Below, piece after piece: positions 25,700 through 38,456 of a stretch of 64,000 nt of DNA; position 1 is the stretch's first letter; each line of letters starts with the position of its first letter. A program made the translations under genes and the position numbers. A model generated the notes under the pieces. The model saw nothing but the letters and a program-made list of their open reading frames with translations. It ran no database searches and was not told the DNA's origin. The DNA comes from Acidobacteria bacterium RIFCSPLOWO2_12_FULL_65_11 (GTDB lineage Bacteria > Acidobacteriota > Vicinamibacteria > Vicinamibacterales > CAVVIG01): NCBI GenBank assembly GCA_001767495.1, contig MELA01000141.1, forward strand, positions 933 to 64,932. Direction: 5' to 3'.

Positions 25700-28600
25700 A
25701 TGGTGAAACGTCTCATCGAGCAATCGTTCGCCAAGCCGGGGATGATCCTGTTGCTCGTCGGTGCCGCGATCCTTATCGGCGTCCTGCGGTTGCAGGACCT
25801 GCCGCGAGACGTCTTTCCGGATCTGGCGACACCGGTGTTCAACGTGATCGTCCAGAACCCGTCGATGGGTGCCGAGGAACTCGAAACCGGGATTGCGATC
25901 CCACTCGAAGTCGCGCTTGCGGGCCTGCCCGACGTGCGCCGCATCCGATCGAATTCGCAACTCGGCGTCGTGCAGGTCACCGTCGAGTTCGAGCCGGAGG
26001 CCGACTACTACCGCTCCCGTCAGTTCGTGGCCGAGCGCGTGACTCAGGCCGCCGGCCAGCTCCCGCAGGGAACCGACGCCCCGATGATTTCGAGCCTCAC
26101 CGGGCGCCTCAATGAGATCTTCGAGTTCACGCTGGAAGCCGAGCCGGGCCAGGCGGATCTCATGACGTTAAGAGATCTCGCCGAGTTCGAGGTCAAGAAT
26201 CGTCTGCTGGCCGTGCCCGGTGTAGCGGCGGTCGAGCGTCTTGGCGGCTATCTGCGGCAATTCCAAGTACAGGTCGATCCCGACCGGATGTCGGCTCGTC
26301 GCATCAGCCTCGACGATGTGCTGCACGCAGTCGAGGAGTCCAACCAGAATGCGGCGGGAGGCTTCGTGGCCCAGGGGCCGATGGAATGGAGCGTCCGCGC
26401 GGTCGGTCGCGTTCAAACGGTCGGAGACCTCCAGCAAACCGTCGTCGCCGTCAGAGGTGACGTGCCAGTCTTCCTCGCCGACGTGGCTGACGTGCGCGAA
26501 GCGCCGGCCATTCGTCGTGGCGTGGCCCACCGGCTCAAGGGCGAGGTCGTCAGTGCGCGCGTGATCAAGCAGTTCGGGGCCGACACGGTCAGCGTGGCCG
26601 CGGGCATTCGCGCGGCCGTTGCCGATCTGCAGCGTGCACTGCCGCCGGGCGTCCAGCTCCGCATCGTGTACGACCAGTCGGCCCTCGTGGGCTCGGCGCT
26701 GGGCGGGGTCGGCCGCGCCGTGCTCGTCGGCGCGATCTTTGTCGTGCTTGTGCTCTTCGGCCTGCTCGGCAACGTGCGCGCAGCCCTCATCGTCACGCTC
26801 ACGATTCCCGTGTCCATTGCGCTGTCCGGCGTCGTGCTGGAGCCTCTGGGCGTCGGGCTGAACACGATGACGCTCGGCGGCCTCGCCATCGCGGTCGGCC
26901 TGCTCGTAGACGCGGCCATCATCGTGACGGAGAACATCGTTCACCGGCTGACGACCCATCGTGAGGAGGACGCTCACGCCGTCGTGCAACGAGCGGCACA
27001 CGAAGTCGGGCGCCCCATCGCATTCGCGACGCTCATCATCATGGCCGTCTTCGTGCCGCTGTTCGGCATGAGCGGCATCGAAGGACGCATGTACCGGCCG
27101 CTCGCGGCGGCCGTGATCGCCGCCGTGGGCGCGGCTCTCGTGCTCGCCTTGACGGTCGTCCCGCTGGTCTCCCGCGCCCTCCTCCGCCCGACCCCGCCAC
27201 ACCGACCGGAAGACGTGGCGCTGCTGCGGGCGTTGAAACGCTGGTACGCCCCGTTGCTCGATTGGTGTCTGCGCCGTCCCTGGACCGTTATCGCGCTCGC
27301 CGGCGCGATCGCGGTCGCGGCCCTGGCCACGGCGCCTCTGCTCGGCACCGACTTCATGCCGCGTCTTGACGAGGGCGCCTATCTGCTTCAGACCGTGCTC
27401 CCACCGGAGGCGTCGCTCGATGAAGTCGATCGGTTGAATCACCGCGTGGAGGATCTGTTACGCGACGTGCCTGAGGTGGAAGATGTCGTGCGGCGGACTG
27501 GACGATCGGAGCGAACCGAGGATCCGATGCCTCACACGATTTCGGACGTGCTCGTCGTGCTCAGGCCATCGCGGAACAGGTCGAGCGATGCGATCGAGGA
27601 TGACATGCGGTCCCGCGTCGGCCACCTTCCGGGCGTCAGCGTGCTCTTTACGACGCCGCTCGGCATGCGGATCGACGAAGGACTCGGAGGCACACCGGCC
27701 GACCTGGCGCTGAAGGTCTTTGGCCCCGACCTCGACCAGCTGACGACATTGGCCGAGCAGGCCAGAAGAATCATGTCAGAAGTCCGCGGGGTCACCGACC
27801 TGCGAATGGAACAGGCCACCGGGCTGCCGCAATTGCGAATCACCGTCAATCGACAAGCCGCCGGCCGCGTAGGGCTGGCGCCGGGCGATGTCATTCGGGC
27901 CATTCGGGTCGGTCTTGTGGGACAGCAGGTGTCCGACGTCTGGCTTGGGCAACGACGCTTTGACTTGATCGTCCGACTCTCCGACGACCGTCGCGCCGAT
28001 TTCAACGCGATTCGGTCGCTTCTCGTGGATGGCCACGATGGCACCCGCATTCCGCTCGGGCAGCTCGCAGACATCGAACAGTCCTCTGGTCCGGGAGCCA
28101 TCCGTCGCGAGAGCGGCAGCCGACGCCTCGCGGTCGAGGCCACCGTGTCGGGACGCGACCTGGGAGGCACGGCTGCGGAGATTCGGGAACGGGTGGCACG
28201 TGAGATGCGACTTCCAACGGGTTATTTCTTCGACCTGGGCGGTCGCGTGGAGAATCAGGCGCGCGCGACCCGCTCGTTATTGATCGCCATCGGGCTCGCG
28301 TTGTTCGCCGTGTTCATCCTCCTGTACGGCGCTCTGGGGTCGGTCGGCGAGGCGGCCCTGATTCTCTCCACGGTGCCCATGGCCCTCATCGGCGGCGTCG
28401 TTGCGCTCTTCCTCGCTCGCGAGAGCTGGAATGTCTCCTCGCTGGTGGGGTTGATTGGACTCTTCGGGATCGCCGTGCAGAACAGCCTTGTGCTGATCAC
28501 GCAGACCCGAACGTTGATGGCTGAAGGCCACGAGTTTCGTCAGGCTCTGCGCGAGGCGAGTATCGGCCGCGTTCGGCCCAAGCTCATGACCGCCGGAACC

Positions 28601-28771
28601 GCGATTCTTGGCCTCATGCCGCTCCTGGTACTTCGCCTCCACGGAACGGAGATCGAGCGGCCGCTGGCCATCGTGATGATCGGAGGACTGGTGACGTCGA
28701 CGTTGTTCACGTTGCTCGTGCTGCCTGCGCTGTACGTGATGGCCATGCGATCTCGTTATCAAAGAGTCTGA
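25700..28771 (+). CDS. CusA/CzcA-family heavy-metal efflux RND permease, operon 1
   Basis: 1023 aa, 12-TM ACR_tran architecture. TM4 motif GGLAIAVGLLVDAAIIVTEN. Confidence 0.93.
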   Translation: MVKRLIEQSFAKPGMILLLVGAAILIGVLRLQDLPRDVFPDLATPVFNVIVQNPSMGAEELETGIAIPLEVALAGLPDVRRIRSNSQLGVVQVTVEFEPEADYYRSRQFVAERVTQAAGQLPQGTDAPMISSLTGRLNEIFEFTLEAEPGQADLMTLRDLAEFEVKNRLLAVPGVAAVERLGGYLRQFQVQVDPDRMSARRISLDDVLHAVEESNQNAAGGFVAQGPMEWSVRAVGRVQTVGDLQQTVVAVRGDVPVFLADVADVREAPAIRRGVAHRLKGEVVSARVIKQFGADTVSVAAGIRAAVADLQRALPPGVQLRIVYDQSALVGSALGGVGRAVLVGAIFVVLVLFGLLGNVRAALIVTLTIPVSIALSGVVLEPLGVGLNTMTLGGLAIAVGLLVDAAIIVTENIVHRLTTHREEDAHAVVQRAAHEVGRPIAFATLIIMAVFVPLFGMSGIEGRMYRPLAAAVIAAVGAALVLALTVVPLVSRALLRPTPPHRPEDVALLRALKRWYAPLLDWCLRRPWTVIALAGAIAVAALATAPLLGTDFMPRLDEGAYLLQTVLPPEASLDEVDRLNHRVEDLLRDVPEVEDVVRRTGRSERTEDPMPHTISDVLVVLRPSRNRSSDAIEDDMRSRVGHLPGVSVLFTTPLGMRIDEGLGGTPADLALKVFGPDLDQLTTLAEQARRIMSEVRGVTDLRMEQATGLPQLRITVNRQAAGRVGLAPGDVIRAIRVGLVGQQVSDVWLGQRRFDLIVRLSDDRRADFNAIRSLLVDGHDGTRIPLGQLADIEQSSGPGAIRRESGSRRLAVEATVSGRDLGGTAAEIRERVAREMRLPTGYFFDLGGRVENQARATRSLLIAIGLALFAVFILLYGALGSVGEAALILSTVPMALIGGVVALFLARESWNVSSLVGLIGLFGIAVQNSLVLITQTRTLMAEGHEFRQALREASIGRVRPKLMTAGTAILGLMPLLVLRLHGTEIERPLAIVMIGGLVTSTLFTLLVLPALYVMAMRSRYQRV

Positions 28772-28782
28772 AGCCGCGAGTT

Positions 28783-28804
28783 GTGAGCTGGCCTCTCAGC
28801 TCAC
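28783..28804. terminator. hairpin between the convergent RND genes (candidate bidirectional terminator)
   Basis: GTGAGCTG-GCCTCT-CAGCTCAC is a perfect 8-bp stem overlapping the stop codon of the minus-strand RND gene. No U-tract. Confidence 0.4.
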
Positions 28805-31800
28805 CGCATACGCGCAGGCTCGACCTTCCCGTATCGCAGGTACAAGGTCGGCACCACGATCATATTGAGCAACGTAGAGGTCGTGAGGCCGCAGAGGATC
28901 ACGATCGCCATCGGCGTCTGGATCTCGCTGCCGCTCCGGCCGCCACCGAGCGCGAGCGGAACGAGCGCCAGCCCCGCCGCCATCGAGGTCATGAGGATCG
29001 GCACGAGCCGCTCCTGAGCCCCCCGTTCCACAGCCTCGCGGACATTGGTGACGCCCTCCACCTCCATCAGATGCCGGATGTGCGAGACGAGCATGATGCC
29101 GTTGCGCGTGGCGATACCAAAGAGTGTGATGAAGCCGATCATCGACGCGACGCTCAGCACGCCCCCGGATAGAAACACGCCAGCGACACCGCCAATCAGC
29201 GCGAGCGGGAGGTTGATCATGATCAGCACGGCGTCGCGCGATCGCCCGAACGCGAGCACCAGCAGCATAAAGAGGCCCGCCACGACCCCGACGCCGAGCA
29301 CCAGCAGCCGTTGCGACGCACTCTGCTCGCTCTCGAACTGACCGCCGTACTCGACGCGATACCCGGCGGGCATCGGCACCGATTGCCCGACCGCCGTTCG
29401 GATGTCGTCCACGACGCTGCCCAGATCTCGGCCGGCGACGTTGCTCGAGACGACGATGCGGCGCTGGACGTTCTCGCGGAGAATCATGTTCGGGCCCTGC
29501 TCGCGCCTGACGTCGGCGAGCACGCGGACCGGCACCGGTACCCCAGCAGGCGTATCGATCGGTAAGTCGGCGATCCGCTCGAAGTCAACGCTGCTCGCCC
29601 CATCAAATTTTACGACCAGGTCGAAGGCTGTGCCGCGGTCGAAAATGCGTCCCACGGTGGCGCCCGCGAAGCTCGTCTCAACGGCTTGGGCGACATCGTC
29701 GGCCCGCAACCCGTAGCGCGCAATCGCCCCTCGATTGAGCACGAAGCGCACAAACGGCACGTCCATCTGTTGTTCGAGAGAGAGGTCCGCCACGCCCGGC
29801 ACCGCCGTCATCGCGCTCTGCACACGCTCGCCCAGCCGTCGCAGGGTGCCCAAGTCGTCGCCAAACACCTTCACGGCGATGTTGGCGCGCGTGCCCGAGA
29901 GCATGTGGTCGATGCGATGCGAGATCGGCTGGCCAATCGTGACGTTCGTCCCAGGCAACGTGGAGAATCCACGACGCAATTCCGCCAGCAGTTCCGCACG
30001 AGGACGACCTGTTTCGCGCAGACCGACGTCGATCTCGGCGGCTTCGACGCCCTGCACGTGCTCGTCGAATTCGGCGCGACCGGTCCGCCGCGCGGTCGCG
30101 ACGACCTCCGGCTGCGCCAGCAGAATCTGTTCGACGCGACCGCCAATCTCGTCCGCCTTGGCCAACGACGTTCCCGGCAGCGTGTTGGCCTGAATCGTCA
30201 GGCTGCCTTCGTGGAAGTCTGGGAGGAACGCCGTGCCCGCGCGCGTCATGGCAACGGCGGCTCCGACGAGCAGAACCGCCGCCACGGCTGTCACGGCGAA
30301 CGGGTGATCCAGAGCGAACGGGAGAACGCGCGCGAATCGGGTCTTCAGCGTGCGCGCCAGCCAGCCGTCGTGTCCGCGCGCGATGGATCGCGCCTTGGGT
30401 AGAAACGCGAACGACAGCGCGGGCGTGACGACGATGGCGACGATGAGCGACGCCAGGAGCGACACGATGTAGGCGAAGGCCAACGGCGCGAGCAGCCGTC
30501 CCTCGACTCCCGACAGTCCGAAAATGGGCAGAAACACGAGCACGATGATGATGGTCGCGAAGACAATCGATGTGCGGATCTCAATCGTGGCGTCTCGGAC
30601 GACGTCACGGCTCGGTCGCCGCTCGGCCTCGGGCCTCGCCTGATTCTCACGCAGGCGTCTCACGACGTTTTCCACGTCGATGATGGCGTCGTCGACCAGC
30701 GCGCCAATCGCGATGGCCATGCCCCCGAGCGTCATCGTGTTGATGGTGGCGCCAAAGGCGCGAAGCACGAGGATCGCGGCGGCCAGCGACAGAGGCATCG
30801 CCGTCAGCGTGATCGCGGCCGCGCGCATGTTGGCGAGAAACAGCAGGACGATCGCGACGACGAGCAGCCCGCCGTCACGGAGCGCGTTGACGACGTTGCG
30901 GACCGCGACCTCGATGAAGTCGGCCTGCCTGAAGATGCGACGGTCGATCGTCATGCCCTCAGGCAGCTCGCGCTGCAAGGCGTCGAGCTCGCGATCGAGG
31001 CGCGCGGTCAGCTCGAGCGTATTGGCGCCCGGCTGCTTCTGGACGCCGACGATCACCGCCGGCTTGCCGCTGCGGGATCCTTCACCCCGCTTGAGGGCGC
31101 CGCCTTCACGCACCTCCGCCACGTCGCGAATCAGGACCGACCGCGACCCGCGAAGGGCGACGACGCTGCCGCCGATCTCCTCCGGGCTGCGGACGCGTCC
31201 GATGGTTTGCAGGACGTACTCCTGCGGCCCCTCCGTGTAGATTCCGGCGGAGGTGTTCTGGCTTGCGCCGCGCGCCGCGTCCAACAACTCGGTCAGCGAG
31301 ATGCGGTTCGCCCGAAGCTGTTCTGGGTGCGCGATGATCTGAAATTGCCGTTCGGCGCCGCCGATTGGCGTCACTTGAGACACACCGGTGACGGCGAGGA
31401 GCCGCCGGCGCACGACGGTATCGGCGATCGTGCGAAGCGCCAGCGGATCGTCGGCGTCGGAGGAGATCGCAAAAAACAGGATTTCGCCCATGATCGAGGA
31501 GATGGGCGCCAGGATCGGCCGCTCGACCTGAGGCGGCAGGCTGCCGCTCACAAGCGTCAGCTTTTCGGCCACGACCTGCCGCGCGGCGAAGATGTCTGTC
31601 CCCCACTCAAACTCCACCCACACGACGGCGATGCCGACGGCCGTGGCCGACCGCACCCGACGCACGCCCGATGCGCCGTTGATGGCGCTCTCGAGCGGAA
31701 ATGTCACGAGCGACTCCATCTCGTCTGGCGCCATCCCGTGGCCTTCGGTGAGAATCGTCACCGTCGGCGCCGTCAGATCCGGAAAGACATCCACCGGCAT

Positions 31801-31896
31801 GTCGCGCGCCGTCCAGGCCCCACCGGCGAGCAGCAGGACCGAGAAGGCCAGCACCATCCAGTGATGATCGATCGACCATTGAATCAGTCGTTTCAT
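28801..31896 (-). CDS. CusA/CzcA-family heavy-metal efflux RND permease, operon 2
   Basis: 1031 aa. TM4 motif GGMAIAIGALVDDAIIDVEN differs from both the CusA-type VDAAIV and the CzcA-type DFG-DGA motifs. Confidence 0.93.
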   Translation of the reverse strand: MKRLIQWSIDHHWMVLAFSVLLLAGGAWTARDMPVDVFPDLTAPTVTILTEGHGMAPDEMESLVTFPLESAINGASGVRRVRSATAVGIAVVWVEFEWGTDIFAARQVVAEKLTLVSGSLPPQVERPILAPISSIMGEILFFAISSDADDPLALRTIADTVVRRRLLAVTGVSQVTPIGGAERQFQIIAHPEQLRANRISLTELLDAARGASQNTSAGIYTEGPQEYVLQTIGRVRSPEEIGGSVVALRGSRSVLIRDVAEVREGGALKRGEGSRSGKPAVIVGVQKQPGANTLELTARLDRELDALQRELPEGMTIDRRIFRQADFIEVAVRNVVNALRDGGLLVVAIVLLFLANMRAAAITLTAMPLSLAAAILVLRAFGATINTMTLGGMAIAIGALVDDAIIDVENVVRRLRENQARPEAERRPSRDVVRDATIEIRTSIVFATIIIVLVFLPIFGLSGVEGRLLAPLAFAYIVSLLASLIVAIVVTPALSFAFLPKARSIARGHDGWLARTLKTRFARVLPFALDHPFAVTAVAAVLLVGAAVAMTRAGTAFLPDFHEGSLTIQANTLPGTSLAKADEIGGRVEQILLAQPEVVATARRTGRAEFDEHVQGVEAAEIDVGLRETGRPRAELLAELRRGFSTLPGTNVTIGQPISHRIDHMLSGTRANIAVKVFGDDLGTLRRLGERVQSAMTAVPGVADLSLEQQMDVPFVRFVLNRGAIARYGLRADDVAQAVETSFAGATVGRIFDRGTAFDLVVKFDGASSVDFERIADLPIDTPAGVPVPVRVLADVRREQGPNMILRENVQRRIVVSSNVAGRDLGSVVDDIRTAVGQSVPMPAGYRVEYGGQFESEQSASQRLLVLGVGVVAGLFMLLVLAFGRSRDAVLIMINLPLALIGGVAGVFLSGGVLSVASMIGFITLFGIATRNGIMLVSHIRHLMEVEGVTNVREAVERGAQERLVPILMTSMAAGLALVPLALGGGRSGSEIQTPMAIVILCGLTTSTLLNMIVVPTLYLRYGKVEPARMR

Positions 31897-31918
31897 ATAT
31901 CGCCCGTCTGTTCGGCCC

Positions 31919-32044
31919 AGAGGTCCGGCTGAAGCCGGACACTACAACGTTATAGAGGTCCGGCTGAAGCCGGACACTACAACGTTATAGATGCAGTGTC
32001 CGGCTTCAGCCGGACCGGATGTAGTGTCCGGCTTTAGCCGGACC
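31919..32044. repeat. array of four REP-like P units (2 direct 35-nt repeats, then 2 inverted copies) between adaptor and pump genes
   Basis: AGAGGTCCGGCTGAAGCCGGACACTACAACGTTAT x2 (31919-31953, 31954-31988). Then GTGTCCGGCTTCAGCCGGACC (31996-32016) and GTAGTGTCCGGCTTTAGCCGGACC (32021-32044). Confidence 0.92.
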
Positions 32045-32048
32045 GTGA

Positions 32049-33605
32049 TCAGTGCACGTGGCCCTCGGCCGGCAGCCCCCTGGCCGCCGACGCCAGTTGG
32101 ATGTCGTAGGCGCCGCGCGTGACGACGCGGTCGCCGGTCCGCAGCCCGCTCTTCACGCCAATCCAATCTCCGTCTTGCGCCGCGATCTCCACGTAGCGAC
32201 GCGCGAATCGCTCGCCGCTCACGTGCACGAACACGTAGGGCCGGCCGGCTTCGATGAGCATTGCGGCTCTGGGGACCGCGGGTACGCGCTGACGCAGACG
32301 TTGATACAGCACGGCCGTGCCGGTCTGACCGACGAGCAACTGTCCCCGCGGATTGTCGACTTCGAACTGGATTGGCAGCGCGTGTGTCGCGGGATCGATG
32401 ACGCCGGCGTCGTGGATGTGATGAGGCTGAAGGACCAGCGCGTCGGCGCGGCCGGCAATCTCGAGCGCCAGCCCTGTGATGTCTCGTGCCAGGGACGCAT
32501 CGGCCGCCGGAACCTGCGCCTGGAGCGCGACGCGATCGGTCCGGACGATCCTGAAGAGCGGCGCGCCTTCCTCGTACGACGCGCCACGCGTGGCAAACAC
32601 CTCTGTCACGCGGCCGGCGATAGGCACTCGCAGGACAAAGGCGTTGCCGGCCGCGGCGCCCCCGCCCGTGCCGAGCGTCTCGTCCCGCTGGGCCAGTCGC
32701 GCCTCGGCCGCCCGCAGACGCGCCTCGGCCACCGCAACCGCCCGGCGCGCATCCTCGACCCGTCTGGCTGGGACCGCACGATCGGCGAGCAGGCGTTCGG
32801 CCCGTGCCTGTTCCGCCCGGGCGGCTTCGGTCGCGGCCTGCGCTTCGGTGACGGCCGCCGCCAGGGTCGCGCGATCGTCGCCGGCCGCCAGGCGCGGCTC
32901 GATGCGTCCAAGCGCCTGATCCGGGCGCACAGCGGCCCCGACCGACATCAACTCGTCGGCCATGAACCGGCCGGCAGCAGGCGCAGCGACAATCGCTTCG
33001 CCGCCGGTCAGCGGCTCGATCGCCGCAGGAACCCGGATGGCGGTTCGCAGCTCGACTTCGCGGACCAGTTCGGTCGCAAAGTCGTTGGTCCACTGCTGTT
33101 CCTTCAGATAGGCGATGGCGGTGGGGTCGTCGGCCGGCCGCTCGACGGCGTCCTCGTTGGCGGCGCGGTCGTCGGCAAACACGGTGACTGCACCAAGCTC
33201 GTGGCGATCCGACAGGCCGGGCGCCTCCACGATCACTCTCCAGCGATATCGGCCGGCCGCGGGCGGTGCGCCTTCGACGCGGAAGGCGCCGGGCCGGGAC
33301 GGCTCCAAGCCGTTCAGCACGACGGGGGGACCGCCGCCCTCCGGTGTGAACTCGATCCGTGACCGCCCGGCGCCCAGCGGCTTGAAGTCGCCGAGCATCG
33401 TCAGGTGCACGGCAAAGAGCGCGGGCCGATCGGCGACGAGCCGCGGATACTCCATGTAGAGCTCCGTCTTGTCCGTCCAAGCGGTCACGTTCAACGAGGC
33501 CGGCTCGGTTTCGACCGGTGCACTTCGCGGGCCGCACGCCACGTTCAATATGGTGGCGAAGATCGCAGCGGCGATCGTGGTGACAGGGGCGCGTTGTGTC
33601 GTCAT
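32049..33605 (-). CDS. efflux RND periplasmic adaptor with extra N-terminal beta-rich domain, operon 2
   Basis: ATG 33605 gives an ATGA overlap with the upstream OMF gene. About 170 aa of extra N-terminal sequence precede the HlyD-type core (PIAGRVTEVF, coiled coil). Confidence 0.85.
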   Translation of the reverse strand: MTTQRAPVTTIAAAIFATILNVACGPRSAPVETEPASLNVTAWTDKTELYMEYPRLVADRPALFAVHLTMLGDFKPLGAGRSRIEFTPEGGGPPVVLNGLEPSRPGAFRVEGAPPAAGRYRWRVIVEAPGLSDRHELGAVTVFADDRAANEDAVERPADDPTAIAYLKEQQWTNDFATELVREVELRTAIRVPAAIEPLTGGEAIVAAPAAGRFMADELMSVGAAVRPDQALGRIEPRLAAGDDRATLAAAVTEAQAATEAARAEQARAERLLADRAVPARRVEDARRAVAVAEARLRAAEARLAQRDETLGTGGGAAAGNAFVLRVPIAGRVTEVFATRGASYEEGAPLFRIVRTDRVALQAQVPAADASLARDITGLALEIAGRADALVLQPHHIHDAGVIDPATHALPIQFEVDNPRGQLLVGQTGTAVLYQRLRQRVPAVPRAAMLIEAGRPYVFVHVSGERFARRYVEIAAQDGDWIGVKSGLRTGDRVVTRGAYDIQLASAARGLPAEGHVH

Positions 33606-34828
33606 GAGGGAATCTCCCAACCGCTCAGAAACTCCAGTTCAATCTCCGCCTGCCGTGTCGCTGCATCGAGTGCGGCCTGACGGAGACGAGCAGAGGCGCC
33701 CGTTCGGTAGGCATCCAGCAGCTCGAGGATGCCGCGCTCGCCCGCGTCGTAGCTGACCTGCGCAATCCGCTCGATCCGATCGGCGCCGGCCACGGCCGCC
33801 GACCGATACCGTTCCGCTGCCTCGCGTCGTTCCACGACGACCGAGCGAAGTGCGGTGATCTCGGCCCGAAGGGCCACGCGGAAGGCCTCGACCCGTGCTT
33901 CGGCTTGTACGGCCTTGGCGCGCGCGAGGGCGCGTTCCGGGCGGGATCGGTCAAAGAGAGGAACAGTCGCCTGGATCATGACCACGCTTCCGAGGTCGCC
34001 GCCTCCAAGCGTCGACGACTTGGCCCCGGCCACGACCTCAGGATCGGGAATGCGCCGGCGCTCGGCGGCGCGTTCAGACAAGGACGCCGCGTCGATCTCC
34101 CTGCGCAGCGCGGCGAGCTCGCCGCGCCTCGATTCTGCCCGCTCCACCAGCGCCTCGATCGGCGGCAGAGACGGCCGCACGGTCGAGAGGTCCACCGCCT
34201 CGATCCGCGCAGCCTCGCGTGCATCCGCAAAGAAGCCGGCGAGAGCCGCCTGGGCCCACGCGCGATCCGTGGCGGCCACGGCGCGGTCGGCATCGAGGTC
34301 GAGCACCTCGCGCTCGGCGCGGAGCCGATCGAAGCCGGCCGCATCGCCGGCAGCCTCTCGCGTGGCGAGAACGCCGGCGAGGTCGCGCAACCGGTTCCGC
34401 GCCGCCGTCAGCTCGCGTTCGCGCACCTGCGCCGCGACGAGCTCGGCGAACGCCAGCCGCACGTCGGCTCGCGCGCGTCGGAGCTGGTCATCGACTCGGC
34501 TGGCGCTCGCTTCGGCCAGCGCGCCCGCGGCCTGAACCTGCAGCCCGCGATACCCGCTGATCGGCAGCGGCTGCGCCACCATCGTGATGGTTTCAGTGAC
34601 GCCGGTGACCGATTCTCGGTCGAACGTCACGCGCGGGTTCGGCCAGCGCCCCACCGTCAGGGCGTCGGCACGCGCGACGTCGACGACCGCGCGCATGGCC
34701 CGAACCCGCGGGCTGTTGGGGGAGAGCCGCGCCAGAACCTCGGATTCGGTCAGCGACAACGATTGGGCACCGGCCCTCGACGGCAGCCAGGCCGTCGCCA
34801 GCACGGCGCAGAGCACCACTGCGCGCAT
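33602..34828 (-). CDS. TolC-family outer-membrane efflux protein, operon 2
   Basis: Signal peptide MRAVVLCAVLATAWLPSRAGAQ. Two OEP repeats. Confidence 0.85.
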   Translation of the reverse strand: MRAVVLCAVLATAWLPSRAGAQSLSLTESEVLARLSPNSPRVRAMRAVVDVARADALTVGRWPNPRVTFDRESVTGVTETITMVAQPLPISGYRGLQVQAAGALAEASASRVDDQLRRARADVRLAFAELVAAQVRERELTAARNRLRDLAGVLATREAAGDAAGFDRLRAEREVLDLDADRAVAATDRAWAQAALAGFFADAREAARIEAVDLSTVRPSLPPIEALVERAESRRGELAALRREIDAASLSERAAERRRIPDPEVVAGAKSSTLGGGDLGSVVMIQATVPLFDRSRPERALARAKAVQAEARVEAFRVALRAEITALRSVVVERREAAERYRSAAVAGADRIERIAQVSYDAGERGILELLDAYRTGASARLRQAALDAATRQAEIELEFLSGWEIPS

Positions 34829-34880
34829 AACACCTCGGAATGAACGTGAACGACGACAGACGACGGGTGAGCCCGTCAGA

Positions 34881-35267
34881 TCAGATCAGGCGGGAAGGCG
34901 GCGGAGGAGCGCGTGACGATACGTGTCGGCGCGGGGGGCCGTGCGGCGGCGGCGCGTCGATGCTGGATATCGCGATACAGCCGCGCGGCTCAGGAAGGGT
35001 GTCGACCTCCACCGCGGCGATCGCCTGGACGAGGGAGAATTCATGCGTCGCCGGTTCGATGCCCACGTCGTCGAACCAGACGACCCGCCCTTCGCCGTGA
35101 GAGATTTCCGCCCCATCGCGATCGTGCGCCTCGAAATGCCGGTGGGCGACGGACCGCGGGTGGCCGGCATCGGCCTCGTGGAGATGTTCTGGCGGAGCGG
35201 CAGCGGACGAGAAGACGAGGGACGAAGCGAGTGCGAGAGCGAGCCGCGCGCGCCCCGGTGACGGCAT
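34881..35267 (-). CDS. small secreted His-rich protein leading RND operon 2
   Basis: Signal-like ARLALALASSLVFSSAAA. Seven His in PPEHLHEADAGHPRSVAHRHFEAHDRDGAEISH. Pro-rich tail HGPPRRHVSSRAPPPPSRLI. Competing antisense ORFs exist. Confidence 0.5.
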   Translation of the reverse strand: MPSPGRARLALALASSLVFSSAAAPPEHLHEADAGHPRSVAHRHFEAHDRDGAEISHGEGRVVWFDDVGIEPATHEFSLVQAIAAVEVDTLPEPRGCIAISSIDAPPPHGPPRRHVSSRAPPPPSRLI

Positions 35268-35277
35268 GACCTCCAGA

Positions 35278-38429
<3,152 letters not shown>

Positions 38430-38456
38430 GGTTCGTTTCTCGCGGGGACGAGCACG

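Noticed and set aside
31919-32044. Possible CRISPR array (also considered for 57692-57730 and 62063-62094)
   Set aside because: Units are 7-35 nt with no unique spacers of CRISPR length and mixed orientation. No cas genes are in the window.
31942-33537. 531-aa minus-strand ORF and 436-aa plus-strand ORF across the operon 2 adaptor
   Set aside because: Arg/Pro-rich nonsense composition. Its end is REP-encoded (SGFSRT). The alternative frame 32049-33605 encodes a recognisable HlyD-type adaptor.
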